Below are positions 51,331 to 64,000 of a stretch of 64,000 nucleotides of DNA, piece by piece. The first letter of the stretch is position 1. Each line of letters starts with the position of its first letter. Made by a program: the position numbers and the translations under genes. The notes beneath the pieces are model-generated. The model worked only from the letters and a program-made list of their open reading frames with translations, did no database searches and was not told the DNA's origin. The stretch comes from Mobula hypostoma (lineage: Eukaryota), in NCBI RefSeq assembly GCF_963921235.1, contig NC_086118.1:14634001-14698000 (forward strand), read 5' to 3'.

Positions 51331-51774
51331 GAGGAGTCTGTTGCATGGACAATAATTTGCTCTCCTGGTGATCATTTGGGTCTATGCAGGATGGGTGAGA
51401 ATAATTGCTGAGGATGGGCAGAGTGGCTTTGGGAGGATGGCATAATGAACTGTTCAGCTCTAAAATATGTGAAAGTGCCAGTGAGAAGTGAAGTGGTCTT
51501 GAAGGAAACAATGTAGAAGTTCTTTGTTACAGTACGGGGTTAAAGTTGGCTCTAGTTTAGTTAGAGTACAAGACTTGCAAACACCATTTATTTGATTCAT
51601 ACAGTTATATACAGGCAGCCCCAGTACTTGTCCTAAACTGCCCAGATTTTTAAAAATGTCAGGGTTCCACATCATGATTTTTTAATCAACCTTAAATGTT
51701 TCAGCTTGTGTTCTGTCCGCAAATGTTAAATCCAAACCATTGATCCTACCACAAGCTGAATATTTTAGTTTGTT

Positions 51775-54092
51775 GACTGTTGCTGGTCAAATCAAAGGTG
51801 GTGAGGAGTTGGCATATAGGAAAGACTGAAAATCTGGCTGAATGGTGCCACAACAACTTCTCACTCAATGTCAGCAAAACCAGAGCTGATTATTGACTAC
51901 AGGAAGAAGAAACTGGAGATCCATGCTCCCATTCTCATTAGAGGATTGGAGGGTGAGTGGGTCGGTAACTGTAAATTCCTTGGCAGTACTGTATCGTATC
52001 AGAGGATCTGTCCTGGGACAGTGGTGCTAGAAAGTTTGTAAACTCTGTTGAATTTTCTCTATTTCTGCATAAATATGACCTAGTCCTAAAACTAGGTAAA
52101 GAGAACCCAATTAAATAAATAACACAAAAAAAAATTATACTTTCTCCAGCACCTTCTCTTTTCATCTCCCTCCAAACAAAAAAACAGTTGATATTCCAAA
52201 ATACCCATTATCTCTACTATAACTCAAACACTCCTTCGACAGAAAGACATTACGCTAACAGTGAAACCTTTCCCAAGGTGTGACACTACTAAGCTTCAGA
52301 TGAAGGACTGCTACCCTGACATTCTGCTGTAAAATGTTATGATACAATTTTGAATGCATTGTTCCCTCAACGATTGCAAACTGTCCACGGCCTGAGGCGG
52401 GAAAACAGCCCCAAACCATGATGTATCTTCCACCATGATTCACGGTTGTTGTGAAGTTTTGGTGCTGATGTGCCTTTTTCCTCCAAACATAGAAATGTGT
52501 ATTTCTGCCAGAAAAGTTCAATTTTTGTCTAATCTGCCCACAGAATATTGTTCCAGATGTGTTGTTGAACATCCAGCTGGTCTTTGCAAACTTGAGACAT
52601 GCAGCAATGTTTTTTTTGGAGAGCAGTGGTTTCCTCTATGGTGTCCTTCCATGAACACTGTTCTTGTCCAGTGCTTTTGTTATAGTGTACACACGAACAG
52701 CGATTTAGCAAATTCTAGAGATGCTGTTATTGTTGGGTTCTTTTTCACCTCCTTCAGCATTACACATTGTACTCATGGTGTGATCTTTGTGGGACACCCA
52801 TTCCTAGGGAGGGTAGCAACAGTACTGAGCTTCCTCCATTTGGAGACAATTTCTTTTACTGTGAAGTGATGAACACTCAAGTCTTTAGAAATTATTTCGT
52901 AGCCTTTTCCAGCTTAATGCATCTCTACAATTCTTCCTCTAAGGTCCTCTGAAAGTTCTTCTGATTGAGGCACAGTGCACATAAAGAGATTTTTCTTAAG
53001 AAGAGTAGGCTCTGTAAGTAGCCTTTGTGTGTCTTTTTTATAGGCCAAGGAACCTCTACAACCCATACCTCCAATCTCATCTCATTGATTAGATCACCTG
53101 ACTCCAATTAGCTTTTGTAGAAGGCATTGGCCCAGAGGTTCACATACCTTTTTGAACCGAGACTGTGGTTGTTTAAATGGTGCACTCAGTATTGACAAGA
53201 AGAAGTGGTGGTAATGCACCATTAAGCTGGATGCCAACCGCCGTAAAATAAGATACAGACAAGAAGAAGTACAATTGTTTTTGTGTTATTAGTTTAGGCA
53301 GATTGTTGAGACTATTATTGTGACTTAAATGAAGATCAGACTATATTTTATGAGTAACTAATGCGGATTATCAGGTAATTACAAAGGGTTCACAAACTTT
53401 TTCTTGCAACTGGTAAGTATCATCACAAAGAAGGCATGACAACAGCTCTACTTTCTTAGAAGTGTGCACAGATTTGGTATACAATCTAAAACTTTGACAA
53501 ACCTCTATAGATGCACAATGGAGAGTAAACTGACTGATTGCATCAGAGCCTGGTGTGGAAACTTCAATGCCCAAGAATAGAAAAGGCCACAAAGCATGGT
53601 GAATGCAGCCCAGTCCAAAACAGGCAAAGCCCTCCCCTCTATTGTGCACATATACAAGGAGCACTGCCACAAGTAGGCAGCATTCAGCGTGAAGGACCTC
53701 CACCATCCAGGCCATGCTCTCTTCTCCTCCATTGTGAAGGAGGTATAGGAGCCTCAGGTCCCACACAGCCAGGTTCAGAGCAGTTATCTTCCTTTAATCA
53801 TCAGGTTCCTAATCCAACACAGATAACTTCACTGACCACAACGCTGAACTGATTCCACAGCCTATGGCCTCACTTTCAAGGACTCTACAACTCATGTTCT
53901 CAGTATTACTTATTTATGTACGTACAATTTGTCTTCTTTTGCACATTGGTAGTTTATTAGTTGTTTGTGTTTTTATATTGTTGATTGTTTTGTAGTTCTC
54001 TGTTCTACTGTGAATGCCTGCAAGAAAATGATTCTCAAGGTAGTTTATGGAGATATATACATGCTTCAAAAATAAATTTATTCTAGACTTTG
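51775..54092 (+). mobile_element. Rex1/Babar-like LINE interrupted by a Tc1 element
   Basis: RT motif WCHNN..SLNVSKT.ELIIDYRK lies before the insert; LTNLYRCTMES lies after it, followed by the 3'UTR. Confidence 0.8.
52019..53412 (-). mobile_element. Tc1-like transposon, internally deleted
   Basis: TIRs cagtggtgctagaaagtttgtaaac and gttcacaaactttttcttgcaactg. ORF 52255-52572 reads YVWRKK...TVNHGGRYIMVWGCF. Confidence 0.88.
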
Positions 54093-55549
54093 AACCTTCT
54101 TTCCAGAGCAAAGCCCAACAAAACCTAGAGTTGTTCCCCTGATTTTTTAAAACTTGTGTATACCTTGGTGTGCTGCACAAAGACCTGAGGGACGAAAAGA
54201 TTTTAAAACAAAATGGTGATCATTGCAACAATAGTACAAGCCATTAGTCCCAGAGATTTAATAAATAAAACCATCCACCCTTAAGAAGGAATGACAGAAG
54301 TGTTGATAAAGAAGAATACTTATGGGAATGATAGTAGTTCCTTGAAGACTACAATTTAAAAAACACAAATGTTCCCAGCATTTAGGTTGTACTGAAAATG
54401 TTTTCTTCCTTTTTAAGAGTGGCAGTGGAATAGAAGTTTCTTTTTGGCAGTGAAAAGGATATCCCAAAGTTTTACATCCAATGATCGCATTTGGAACAAC
54501 TCCTACAATCAAGAGCTTCCTTCAGCAGATTGTTCCATTGCACCATCTCCTCTTAGTCACGTCTTTCAGATTTACACTGTGAAGGCGGCTCCTTAGATCA
54601 AAGCAGTCAGCTGCACCGACTGTGTCCGTTGTTAGGATCAGACATTGCACAGATTGTTCTGGTTTTTATGATCAAAGAAACACTCAGAACAAAAGCTTGG
54701 CTGCCTTCCACAATATGCTGAAAGTAAATCATCTTGTGATATTTTTGCACATGTATTGGGCATCTTTTTTACCTCCTCCTTTCACCACAACTTACAAGCA
54801 AATTTTTGCAAAATTTTGGAAGAATTTTTCTTCAGGGTGATCTATCACATAAGGAAACTTGTGTTCAGTGGAATCAAGACAACCTCTTGTTCAATACGTC
54901 CCTCCAGGTAGAGACATAGTTACACTCAGAAGGTTACAATCAAAAAGTTGAAAGGCCAAAAGCTAAAGCTGTATACAAAGTTAGGGGCTACACTTAGCAA
55001 GAGGATCAATTAGTGTTATGTTTCCTTACAACATTGGGGCCATTTTGACCCACTGGGTCTACTCTGGCTCTTAGACCTATTCGTCCCACATTCTTGGTAA
55101 CATCTCCCCTCCCTTTCTGCTGGAATCCACACTGAGCCACACACTGGTTCAAATCACCAACGTGCGAAGGTCCATGAACCCATAAACCTGCATGTCTTCA
55201 GGGTGTGGGAGGACACCAGAACACTCAGAGGAAATATGTGTAGTCTCAGGAAATTTGTGCCAACTCTATGCAGACAGCATCGGGAGTCAGGACTGAACTT
55301 TTTTTTCACTGTTGTGTCTTAAGTATTCATGGTCTTGTCAGTGTTAGTCTTTGGTTTGTCTTGTTTTTTTTTGTGATATCACTCTGGAGGAACGTTGTAT
55401 CATTTCTTAATGCATGCATGCATTTCTAAATGACAATAAATGAGGACTGAGTGTCCTCATAATTTAATCTAATCTAATGAGTATTCATGTTCCTTACTCA
55501 ACATACTTTGTTTTTTGGAAAAGTTGTTCAATTTTTATTGTAGTATATG

Positions 55550-56075
55550 TCTCCTACGCCCGGACATTGTACTGTGGTCAACTGAAGACAAGAAACTAAT
55601 TTTGGTTGAGCTGACTATGCCGTGGGAGGAGGGATGGGAAGAAGCCCACGAGAGAAAGGCCTTAAAGCACCAGCCCTTAGTGCAAGAGTGTAAAGACAAG
55701 GGATGGCAGGCATGGTTGTTCTCTGTGGAGATCGGCTGCAGAGGTTTCCCAGCCAAATCAGCATGGCGGTTGTTGTCAGATCTGGGCCCGGACGAAAGGA
55801 GCAAAAAACAAGCAGCTCATAGGATGGGAGAAGAGGCAGAATGAGCCTCTTGTTGGATTTGGAGTAGGCGAGAGGAGGGAAGCTGGAAGCCAGGAGCAGA
55901 TGGGCAGTGATTTGGCCACCACTGCCGGCCCGCCAACTGGAGAGTGTCGTAGTTAAGGGTCAAAACACTCAGTGAAGGTTGGGAACCACCTGATGACATC
56001 TGCTTCTGGCTGAAGGCTACGGTTACCTTATAAGGTAACTGGAGAATGCACCCTAACAGGTGTATGTAAAAAGCA
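55550..56075 (+). mobile_element. HERO-like non-LTR retrotransposon 3' end with a restriction-like endonuclease
   Basis: LRPDIVLWS...ILVELTMPWEE...AHERKALK...VEIGCRGF is a PD-(D/E)xK RLE domain. The frame continues past a TGA at 55842 (ASCWIWSRR) and is followed by a 3'UTR. Confidence 0.8.
55942..56001 (+). ncRNA. Probable non-circularly permuted hammerhead remnant in the HERO-like 3'UTR
   Basis: gagugUC/guaguu ... (g>a)AAAcacuc ... aaccacCUGAUGA. Stem III pairs 6/6, stem I 5/6; stem II is weak. Confidence 0.55.
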
Positions 56076-56082
56076 AGTCTCC

Positions 56083-56350
56083 TCATTACTTTCCCCCGGG
56101 TCCCCTCCTCCTTCCCTTTCTTCTATGGTCCTATAAGATTCCTTCATCTCCAGCCCTTGACCTTTCCCACCCACCTGGCTATAACCTTCCAGCAGGCCAC
56201 CACCCCTCCCCCACCTTCTTATCCTGGTGTCTTCCCCCCTTCCTTCTCAGTCTTAAAGAAGGGTCTCAGCCTGAAACAGTGAGTGTTTATTCATTTCCCT
56301 AGATGCTGCCTGATCTGCTGAGTTCCTCCAGCATTTTGTATGTGTTGCCT
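56083..56350 (+). mobile_element. PLE terminal repeat with a decayed hammerhead. Other decayed PLE termini at ~1222-1390, 2993-3090, 6450-6562, 12920-13190, 23045-23210, 28594-28690, 37429-37522 and 48545-48645
   Basis: All share the motif gatgctgcctg..ctgctgagttcctccagcattttgtgtgt or its reverse complement. Confidence 0.75.
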
Positions 56351-59300
56351 CAGTTTATGTAGTGCCTTTCAAAACCTTTGGACACTACAATATGTTGGTG
56401 GCTAGCAAGATGCTTTTGATGTGTGATAATCATAGATTTAGAAGTTATTGGCTGTCATATTCCTTGGATTACAACAGTACAGGACAGCAAAGTCCAATGT
56501 ACTGACATATTCTGTATCCATGGGTGTTAGCTAAAGGCTAAATATTGAGCAGGAGACCAGGAAGATCCCTCCTGTAGATGATTTTGTGAAATGTTTAACA
56601 TTCACCTACAGTTTCAAATGTCAACTGAAAAATGACCAGCCCAAAGTATTATAATGTCACCCTGAATATCATGCTCATGTCTATTCCTCAGACTGACTGT
56701 TGTGAGTTAGTGATCCCGCTGAGCCAAGAAATCATGGAAATAGGATATAGACATTAAAAAGTTTGTGACAGGGAAGAATGCCTGCAATCCTTTCGGTATG
56801 TCCCGCCACTTCATCTTATTTGTAAATATCCATCCCCCTGCCCCCCCCGGAGAATTCATCCAGACATTTTCTCTTCTTAATATCTCCTCAAATCATTTTT
56901 CCCAGAAGTAATCACCCTCAATTCGTCTGCTTCTGATTATTCTCAAGTTCCTGAATTTGATTGCACTTTGAAGATACTCTTGTGATGTGTGACCTCAAGA
57001 ATTTCACACTGTAAACTGTAGGCTGTCCCATGTCTACCTTCAAGCTAATTCTCATATGCTCGTTGCTGCTTTATATCTTGGGTAACACATTCACCCTGTT
57101 TTTCTTATAGTTCTTGTACATATTTGCTGTTAATTTTTGTGATGTAGCCAGTCAACAACTTGATTTGTTTGTGGTTTATGCTTTTATCGCCTGGAGCCAC
57201 ATGGCTCTTCTTCTTACTGTTTACTTACACTTTTTTTAAAAAACAGCCATCGTTCAAACCATTACCAAACCTTCCTGTTTAGTCTGTACTGTAAGCAAAA
57301 AGGAGCAGCCTTGGGCCACTCGGCCCCACAAGCCTGTCCCATATTTCAATGTGATCAGATTGATCTACCCCGGTTGTCATCACCCTTCTGTGCCAGTTCC
57401 CCATAATCTTCAATTCTGATATCATTCATAAACTTATCTACTTCTTCCTTAAATACCCCAATGATCCAGCCTCCACCACCCTCCTGGGTAGAAGATCCCT
57501 GCCCTCGGTGAGAACAAGTTGCTATGGTAACTATGGACCCTTGTTTTAGACCCTCCCACTAGTAGACTGAAGAGATGTTTGAAGGATTTGTTCACATTGT
57601 CATTGAAGAAATTACCAATTCTAGAAATCTTTGAGCCACAATTATTCAAACTGGAGAAGGAGCACTCAGGATGGCATCAAGCATCTTAAGTAAATTCATT
57701 GGGGACTGAGGTCCTGTATGAGAGGTGGAAAGAGTGCACCAACTCACCTGCCCAACCTGTCGATGAGTTTCTGATCTCAGCAACTACAACACCAGAGTGG
57801 AAGCAAGTCCTCCTCAGTCCTGAGGGAATGCTCAAGAAAAAAAAATATTTTATAATTGTAAATACCTGTTGCATTCAGAATGCAATGGAATAGAATCCAA
57901 ATATATGTAACCAATCCTCATACTTTGATGCCAGGAAACACACTGAGAAAAGTGAGACTAAGCTCATTTTTATCAATTTAAAAAACAGTCAAAGCAGAAG
58001 TTGTATCCACTGTGCGTGTAAACCCATCAGTGGAAGTGCTTGACAATCAGTGGATAAAAATTTGTCATGTGCTCATGAGTGTCTGAGCTGTAGTGGCTGT
58101 GAGAAGTGCCAGTGCACAACACACAAAGCTTGGCATTGCCATTCAGGAGGTCTGTAAAGAGGTTTTCTTATTCTGGGTCTCTGCTTTGGGGAAGGAGTAA
58201 ATAATTCCACTTAAACTATAATATCCGATACTGGAAGCAGCACATGTGGCCTGAAATGGTTGCTGAGTGAAGACGTTGATAGAAATGAGTTACTGTGAAT
58301 CAGGATGCTCTACTCTTAAGGTCCCTCACTGTGACCCAGATTGGCCAAGGATTCCTGTCTATACCGCACTCAGCGCTTACAAATTATTCAGACCAGCAGC
58401 AGGTGAACTTATTAGACTGGACAACAATTTTTTTCAAAAGTGTTGTTTCCTTAATTTTTTTTTCTTTATGATAGACCACTTGAAGCTGAGTCATTGAGAT
58501 TTCAGCGTAACATTGGAAAGATATTTTGCTATCGCAAATATTCCTGAAAATACAGTTACTTTATTATAATGAGTATACACAATATGCTATGTATATAGAA
58601 CATGCCCATCAACAGGATCGCAAACATGTAAGCGGAGTGCATAAAATAGTGTGTGCGTGATGTTTTTATAGCCTTTCTAAAACCTGTCCTGCCATACAGC
58701 ATCCTCTCTGTCTAAGCATGCCTGGACAAGATAGAAAACTTTTCAGCTTACATTTTGGGCAACATTTTAATTGACTTAAATTATGAACTAAAATAAAAAA
58801 TGTAGGCGATTTTTTAAATGGTGTATGATAGAGAAATTTCATGATGATTTTCATGATCAGCAGCCCAAAATCCATAAGATACACCCAAAAGTATTCAGGA
58901 GGCAAAATTTTTGTTGTCCAGTGTTATTAACTTTTGGGGAATAAGGTTTTTAATGTAATCTCTTTAAACACATTTGATATCTAAAACACTATCAACTGCT
59001 GGGTTCTTGTTGGTAGTATTCTTACAGAATCAGATCCTGCTGCTGTGTACAACATTTCCACATAAGTGTTCATTGCGACTTCTATTGCCATATATAGACA
59101 CTAAAAATAGAAATACTTTCCATCAGGAGAAATGGTAGAGTCACAGAGTCAAGCACCATGGAAACAGTCTCTCCATCTGACCAAATTTACCCGAGTCATG
59201 TATTTACTTAACAAAATCACCTCATTAAAGGAGCAGAAAATTTCAGGCAGAAAGATCCTAAGTTTGTCTAACACTTTTGTAGGCTCAGGGCACAGAAACA

Positions 59301-60234
59301 CCTTTTGATTCATTGTGTCCATAGCAACCATCATACATGCTTCCATACAAATTTCATTTACAGCCCTTGGCCTATAGCATTTTGTGCCTTGGCAAATCAA
59401 CTTTTGTCTCAATTCTTCATCATTGTTGTGAGAGTACTGCCTCACCATCACTCTGATAGTGTGCTCCAGATTCCAACCATCCACCAGTGACTGGTTCTTG
59501 CTCCATAACTCTTAGCCCCCTACCCAAAGCTGCTTTCCTCTTGTTTTAACTACTTCTGCTGTGGGAAAAGTTTGAAACAATCTGCTCTATCTATGCCCAT
59601 CATAACTTTGGATATTTCTGTTGGGGACTCCCGTTCCCCCCACCGGAACAAACTCTTTCTCCAATGTAAACAAACCCAGTATTTCCTGTCACTCGTTACA
59701 CAAGATTTCTAATACAGACCCAGTGAATCTCCTCTGCATCTTCTTCACCTTCCTTAATAAGTTGTGGGTTACCACAAAATTCAGCATGTTTAACAAAGTA
59801 GTCCAACTGTCAAATATTGAATCATGGGAGTCCACGGAGTATTTAGAATATAAGATAGAGGAGCAGAATTAGACCATTCATCCCATTGAGTCTGATCTGC
59901 CATACAATTATGGTTGATATTTTTCCTCTCCTGTGTAGCCACTCCACAACTCACCCACTCTATAAAACCCTTGATCCAATGCCTCTTTGCTACTTGTCTT
60001 TCCTACTGTTTGCGTGCCTTGCTCAAATATGGTTAGTGTACATTCTCCTCCTTCTTTCAAGCCGCGAGTAGATACTGTATGCTAGTTCCATATGACCCAT
60101 ATCCCATGACACCTTTCCTATCCATTTTTTTATAGCGGTCCTAGCCATCAGTGTCCAGATGCTAATATGCATATATGCTGTTCTATAAAACCAACATAAA
60201 CTAATTTCACTTTCTACAAATAGGGCTTTTTAAG

Positions 60235-62800
60235 GATTCAGCATAGCCATTCATCCCATCGAGTCTGCTCTGCTATTTGACGATGGCTGATATATTTTCC
60301 CTCTCAACCCCATTCTCCTAGCTTCTCCCCATAACCTTTGACCCGATACTTATTAAATACCTAACACCTTCTGCTTTAAGTATACCCAGTGACTTGGCCT
60401 CTACGGCCATCTGTGGCAATGAATTCCTCAGATTCACCTCCCTCTGGCTAAAGAAATTCCTCTTCATCTCTGTCCTACTAATCGAAGACTGTGCCTTCTG
60501 GTCCTGGATTCACCCGCCATTGGAAATAACATCTCCATGTGAACTCTGTTTAGGCCTTTCAATATTCCATAGGTTTCAATGAGATTCTCCCCTCATTCTT
60601 CTAATCTCCAGTCAGTATAAGCCCAGAGCCATCAAACGCTCCTCATACATTAACCCTTTCAATCCTGGGATCATTTTCATAAACCTCCTCTCTAATGCCA
60701 GCACATTTTTTTTTAGATTTGGGGTCCAAATTTGATCTGACCAATGCCTTATAAAGCATTATATCATTACATATATACTCCAGTCCTTCGAAATGAATGT
60801 TAATTGCAAGGATCAACTTTACTTGCCATGTATATTTACATGTATTAGGAATTTCCTGTAGTGTGTTAGCCTGACATGGAATAAAAAACTATAGCTTTCA
60901 ACAATTATAAGAAAGAAATATAAAGAATAAACCTAGAAGTTAAAATATGGATGTGAATAAAATGTGCATAAATACACCAGCATATATTTCCAATGTAAAC
61001 AATTTTATAGGAAGTGTTCTGAAGAGCTTACAATGCAGTGCAGTGACTGAGGTAATAGATAGAGCAGGTGGCGTGGGATAGCTAAGTAGAATGACTTACC
61101 AGGTTAACTGCATGAGGACGAAACTTTTAAGATGGTGTGTAATTTTAATAGCTATACAGTACTTTTAGAAGAGAGCTTTTGGAAAAGGGAGTTTGCTGGG
61201 TGGGTGGTGTCCGCAATGATTTTCCTTCCCGCTTCTTTTTTCTGGATACATACAAGCCCTGCAGTGATGGTAGACTGCAGCATTTTCAGCTGACTTGACA
61301 GTTCACTGTAGTTTCTGTATATCATGAGAAGATGCTGCCCCAAACCAGACAGTAATGGCTGATGTGATGTCGCTCTCTCTGATGGCAGTGTAGAATTACA
61401 CCGGTATGTTCTGGGAAAGATGGAATTTTGCCAACTATCACATGAAGTAAATTTGCTGAGTCTTTTAGTTAATAAATGAGATAAGGTTCTCCCAGACGAG
61501 ACCCTGCGAAATAAAGATGCCCAGGAACAGGAACCCTGGAATGATACTAACTATAGAGTTGTTGGTGATGGGTGGGTGGAAAGGAGGCACACTACTCCCA
61601 AAGTTGATGTGTATCTCCACGGTTTTGAGGGTATTCCGCTGCAGGCTGTAGGACACTCATTTGTTTACTTTCTGGTGGTACTTAGATTTGTTGCCTCTGG
61701 TGATTAATCCAATGACAGTGTTGTCATCCACAAGCTTTATCAGCTTAACTGATATATCACTAGAGATTCAGTCACTGGTGCTGCAGTCATTCCTTACTAC
61801 TGACTCAACCTACGAGTTAACCTTTAGGAAATCCCACATTAGGACTCCCAAGTCCCTTTGCACTGTCAATTTCTAATTCTCTCCCCATTTAGAAAATAGT
61901 ATATGCCTTTATTCCGTACACCAACGTGCGTGACTATACACTTCCTTACTCTGTATTCCATCTGCCACTTCTTTGCCCATTCTCCTAATCTATCCAAGTG
62001 TTTCTGCGGATTCCCTGCTTCCACAACACTACCTGCCCCTCCACCGATCTTTGTATCATCAGCAATATTGGCCACAAAACCATCAATCCTATTACCTAGA
62101 TCATTAACAAGTAATGTCAAAACAAGCAGAAGCAACACAGATCCCTGTAGTAAGAGGCAGTCCCAATATGGACCCTACAGAACACCATTAGTCACCAGCA
62201 GACAACCAGTAAAAGGCCCCCTTTATTTGCAGTCTGTCTTCTGCCAGTCAGCTGATATTCTGTCCATACTAGTATCTTTCCTATAATACCATGGGCTCTT
62301 GTTTAGCAACCTGTATTGCACCTTGCCGAAGGCCTTCTGAAAATCCAAGTGAAGAATATCCACCATCTCTCCTTTGTCTATTTTGCCTATTATTTCCTCA
62401 AAGAATTCCAACAAATTTATCAGATAAGAAATCCTCTTATAAAAACAATGTTGATTATCATTTGTTTCCAAGTATCCTAAAACCTCATCCTCAGTAATAG
62501 TCTTTAACATCTTGCCACCACTGAAGTCAGGCTAACTGGCCTACAACTTCTTGTCTTTTGCCTCCCTCCTTTGTTAAAGTGTGGAGTGACATTTGTGATT
62601 TTCCAATCCTCTGCATTCCAGAATCCAGTTATTCTTGAAAGATCACTACTAATGCCTGCTTAATCTCTTTAGATACCACCTTCAGAACTTTGAGCTGAAG
62701 TCTATCTGATCCAGGTGACTTATCTACCTTCAGATCTTTCAGCTTCCTAATCATCTCCTTACTCACTTCTGCCACCTGACACTTGAATTTCTGGAAGGCA
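60235..62800 (-). mobile_element. CR1 interrupted by a Rex1/Babar-like fragment (~60805-61780, - strand)
   Basis: CR1 ORFs 61866-62138, 62223-62510 and 62629-62832; insert ORF 61152-61343 (KIIADTTHPANSLFQKL). Confidence 0.85.
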
Positions 62801-62824
62801 CTAACAACATGCCCGAAACTCGAG

Positions 62825-64000
62825 AGAGTCAAGGAGCAGACTTGAGTGCAATTACTATTACTATGGAGAAGGTGCTTGGGAAGCTGAAAGGTCTGAAGGC
62901 AGATAAGTGACCTGGAAGAGATGGACTACATCCCAGAGTTCAAAAAGAGGTAGCTGAAAAGATTGTGGAGGCATTAGTAATGATCTTTCAACAATCACAG
63001 GATTGTGGAATTTTTCTGGAGGACTGGAAAATTGCAAATGTCATTCCACTCTTTAGGAAGGGAGGAAGGCAGAAGAAAGGAAATTATAAGCCAGGTACCC
63101 TGATTTCAGAGGTTGGGAAGATGTTGGAGACCATTGTTAAGGATGAGATTCTGGGATACTTGGAGGCACATGTTAGAGTAGGCCATGTCAGCATGGTTTC
63201 CCTAAGGGGAAATCTTGCCTGACAGATCTGTTGGAAATCTTTGAAGGAATAACAGGCAGGATAGACAAAAGGAAGAGTCAGTGGATGTTGTTTACTTAGA
63301 TTTTCAGAAGGCTTTTGACAAGTTGTGCACATGAGGTTGCTTAATGAGATAAGAACCCATGGTATTACAGGAAAGAAACCAGCAGGGATAGAAGATTGGC
63401 TGATTGAAGGGAGGCAAAGAGTGGGAATAAAGGGGATGGGACCCATTCTGGTTGGCTGTCGATGATTAGTGGTTTTAAGTAGGGGTCAGTATTGGGACCA
63501 CTTCTTTTCATGTTATGTGTCAACAATTTGGATGACGGAATTGATGGCTTTGTGGGCAAGTTTGTGGATGATACAAAGATAGTTGGAGGGCAGGTAGTGT
63601 TGAGGAAGTAGGGAATCTACCAGAAGGACTAGAACAATGGGCAAAGAAGTGGCAGATGGAATATTGTGTAGGGAAATGTTTGGTCATGCACTATGTTAGA
63701 GGGAATAAAAGCATAGACTGTTTTCTAAATGGGGAAACAATTCAAAAATCGGAGGTGCAAAGGGACTTGGGGGTTCTTGTGAACGATTCTGTAAAAGTTA
63801 ACTTGTAGATGAGTTGGTGGTAAGGAAGGCAAATGCAATGTTAACATTCATTTCAAGAGGACTAGAATATAAGAGCAAGGATGTGATGCTGATTAGTGAT
63901 ACCACACTTGGAGTATTGTGAGCAGATTTGGGCCCTTTGTCGAAGAAAAGATGTGCTGTCTGTAGAGAGGGACCAGAGAAGGTTCATGAGAATGATTCCA
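62825..64000 (+). mobile_element. CR1 ORF2 RT fragment, runs off the window
   Basis: ORF 62965-63222 (EDWKIANVIPLFRKGG) and downstream RT motifs. Confidence 0.9.

Noticed and set aside
49097..64000. Expected downstream ~184-nt myosin exon (KKLA.RLQ.AEE), and the apparent stop codon ending ORF 48870-49100
   Set aside because: No matching exon was seen. The TAA at 49098-49100 is part of the donor AA|gtaagc, not a real stop.

Overview
This is eukaryotic vertebrate DNA, most likely a cartilaginous fish (shark or ray), inferred from the CR1/HER1-like LINEs, HE1/V-SINE-like SINEs and Penelope-like repeats. The window lies inside a very large sarcomeric myosin heavy-chain gene on the + strand; the translation best fits MYH16 ('superfast' myosin). 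Six exons with GT-AG boundaries (57+87+246+118+128+197 = 833 nt) splice into one open frame encoding part of the coiled-coil rod. I found no flanking exons in 1-17247 or 49097-64000. The rest is intron, densely filled with decayed CR1, Rex1/Babar-like, RTE, HERO-like and Penelope-like retroelements, tRNA-derived SINEs, Tc1/mariner/pogo-type DNA transposons and two LTR-like pieces. Most ORFs in the supplied track are transposon debris or spurious. The most interesting hidden layer is retroelement-borne ribozyme-like motifs: minimal type-I hammerheads in Penelope termini (two with intact cores, plus a TSD-flanked palindromic pair), a probable non-circularly permuted hammerhead in a HERO-like 3'UTR, and an HDV-like fold at an RTE 5' end. 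Family assignments come from my recollection of consensus sequences, not database searches. Repeat boundaries are approximate unless a TIR or TSD is quoted.
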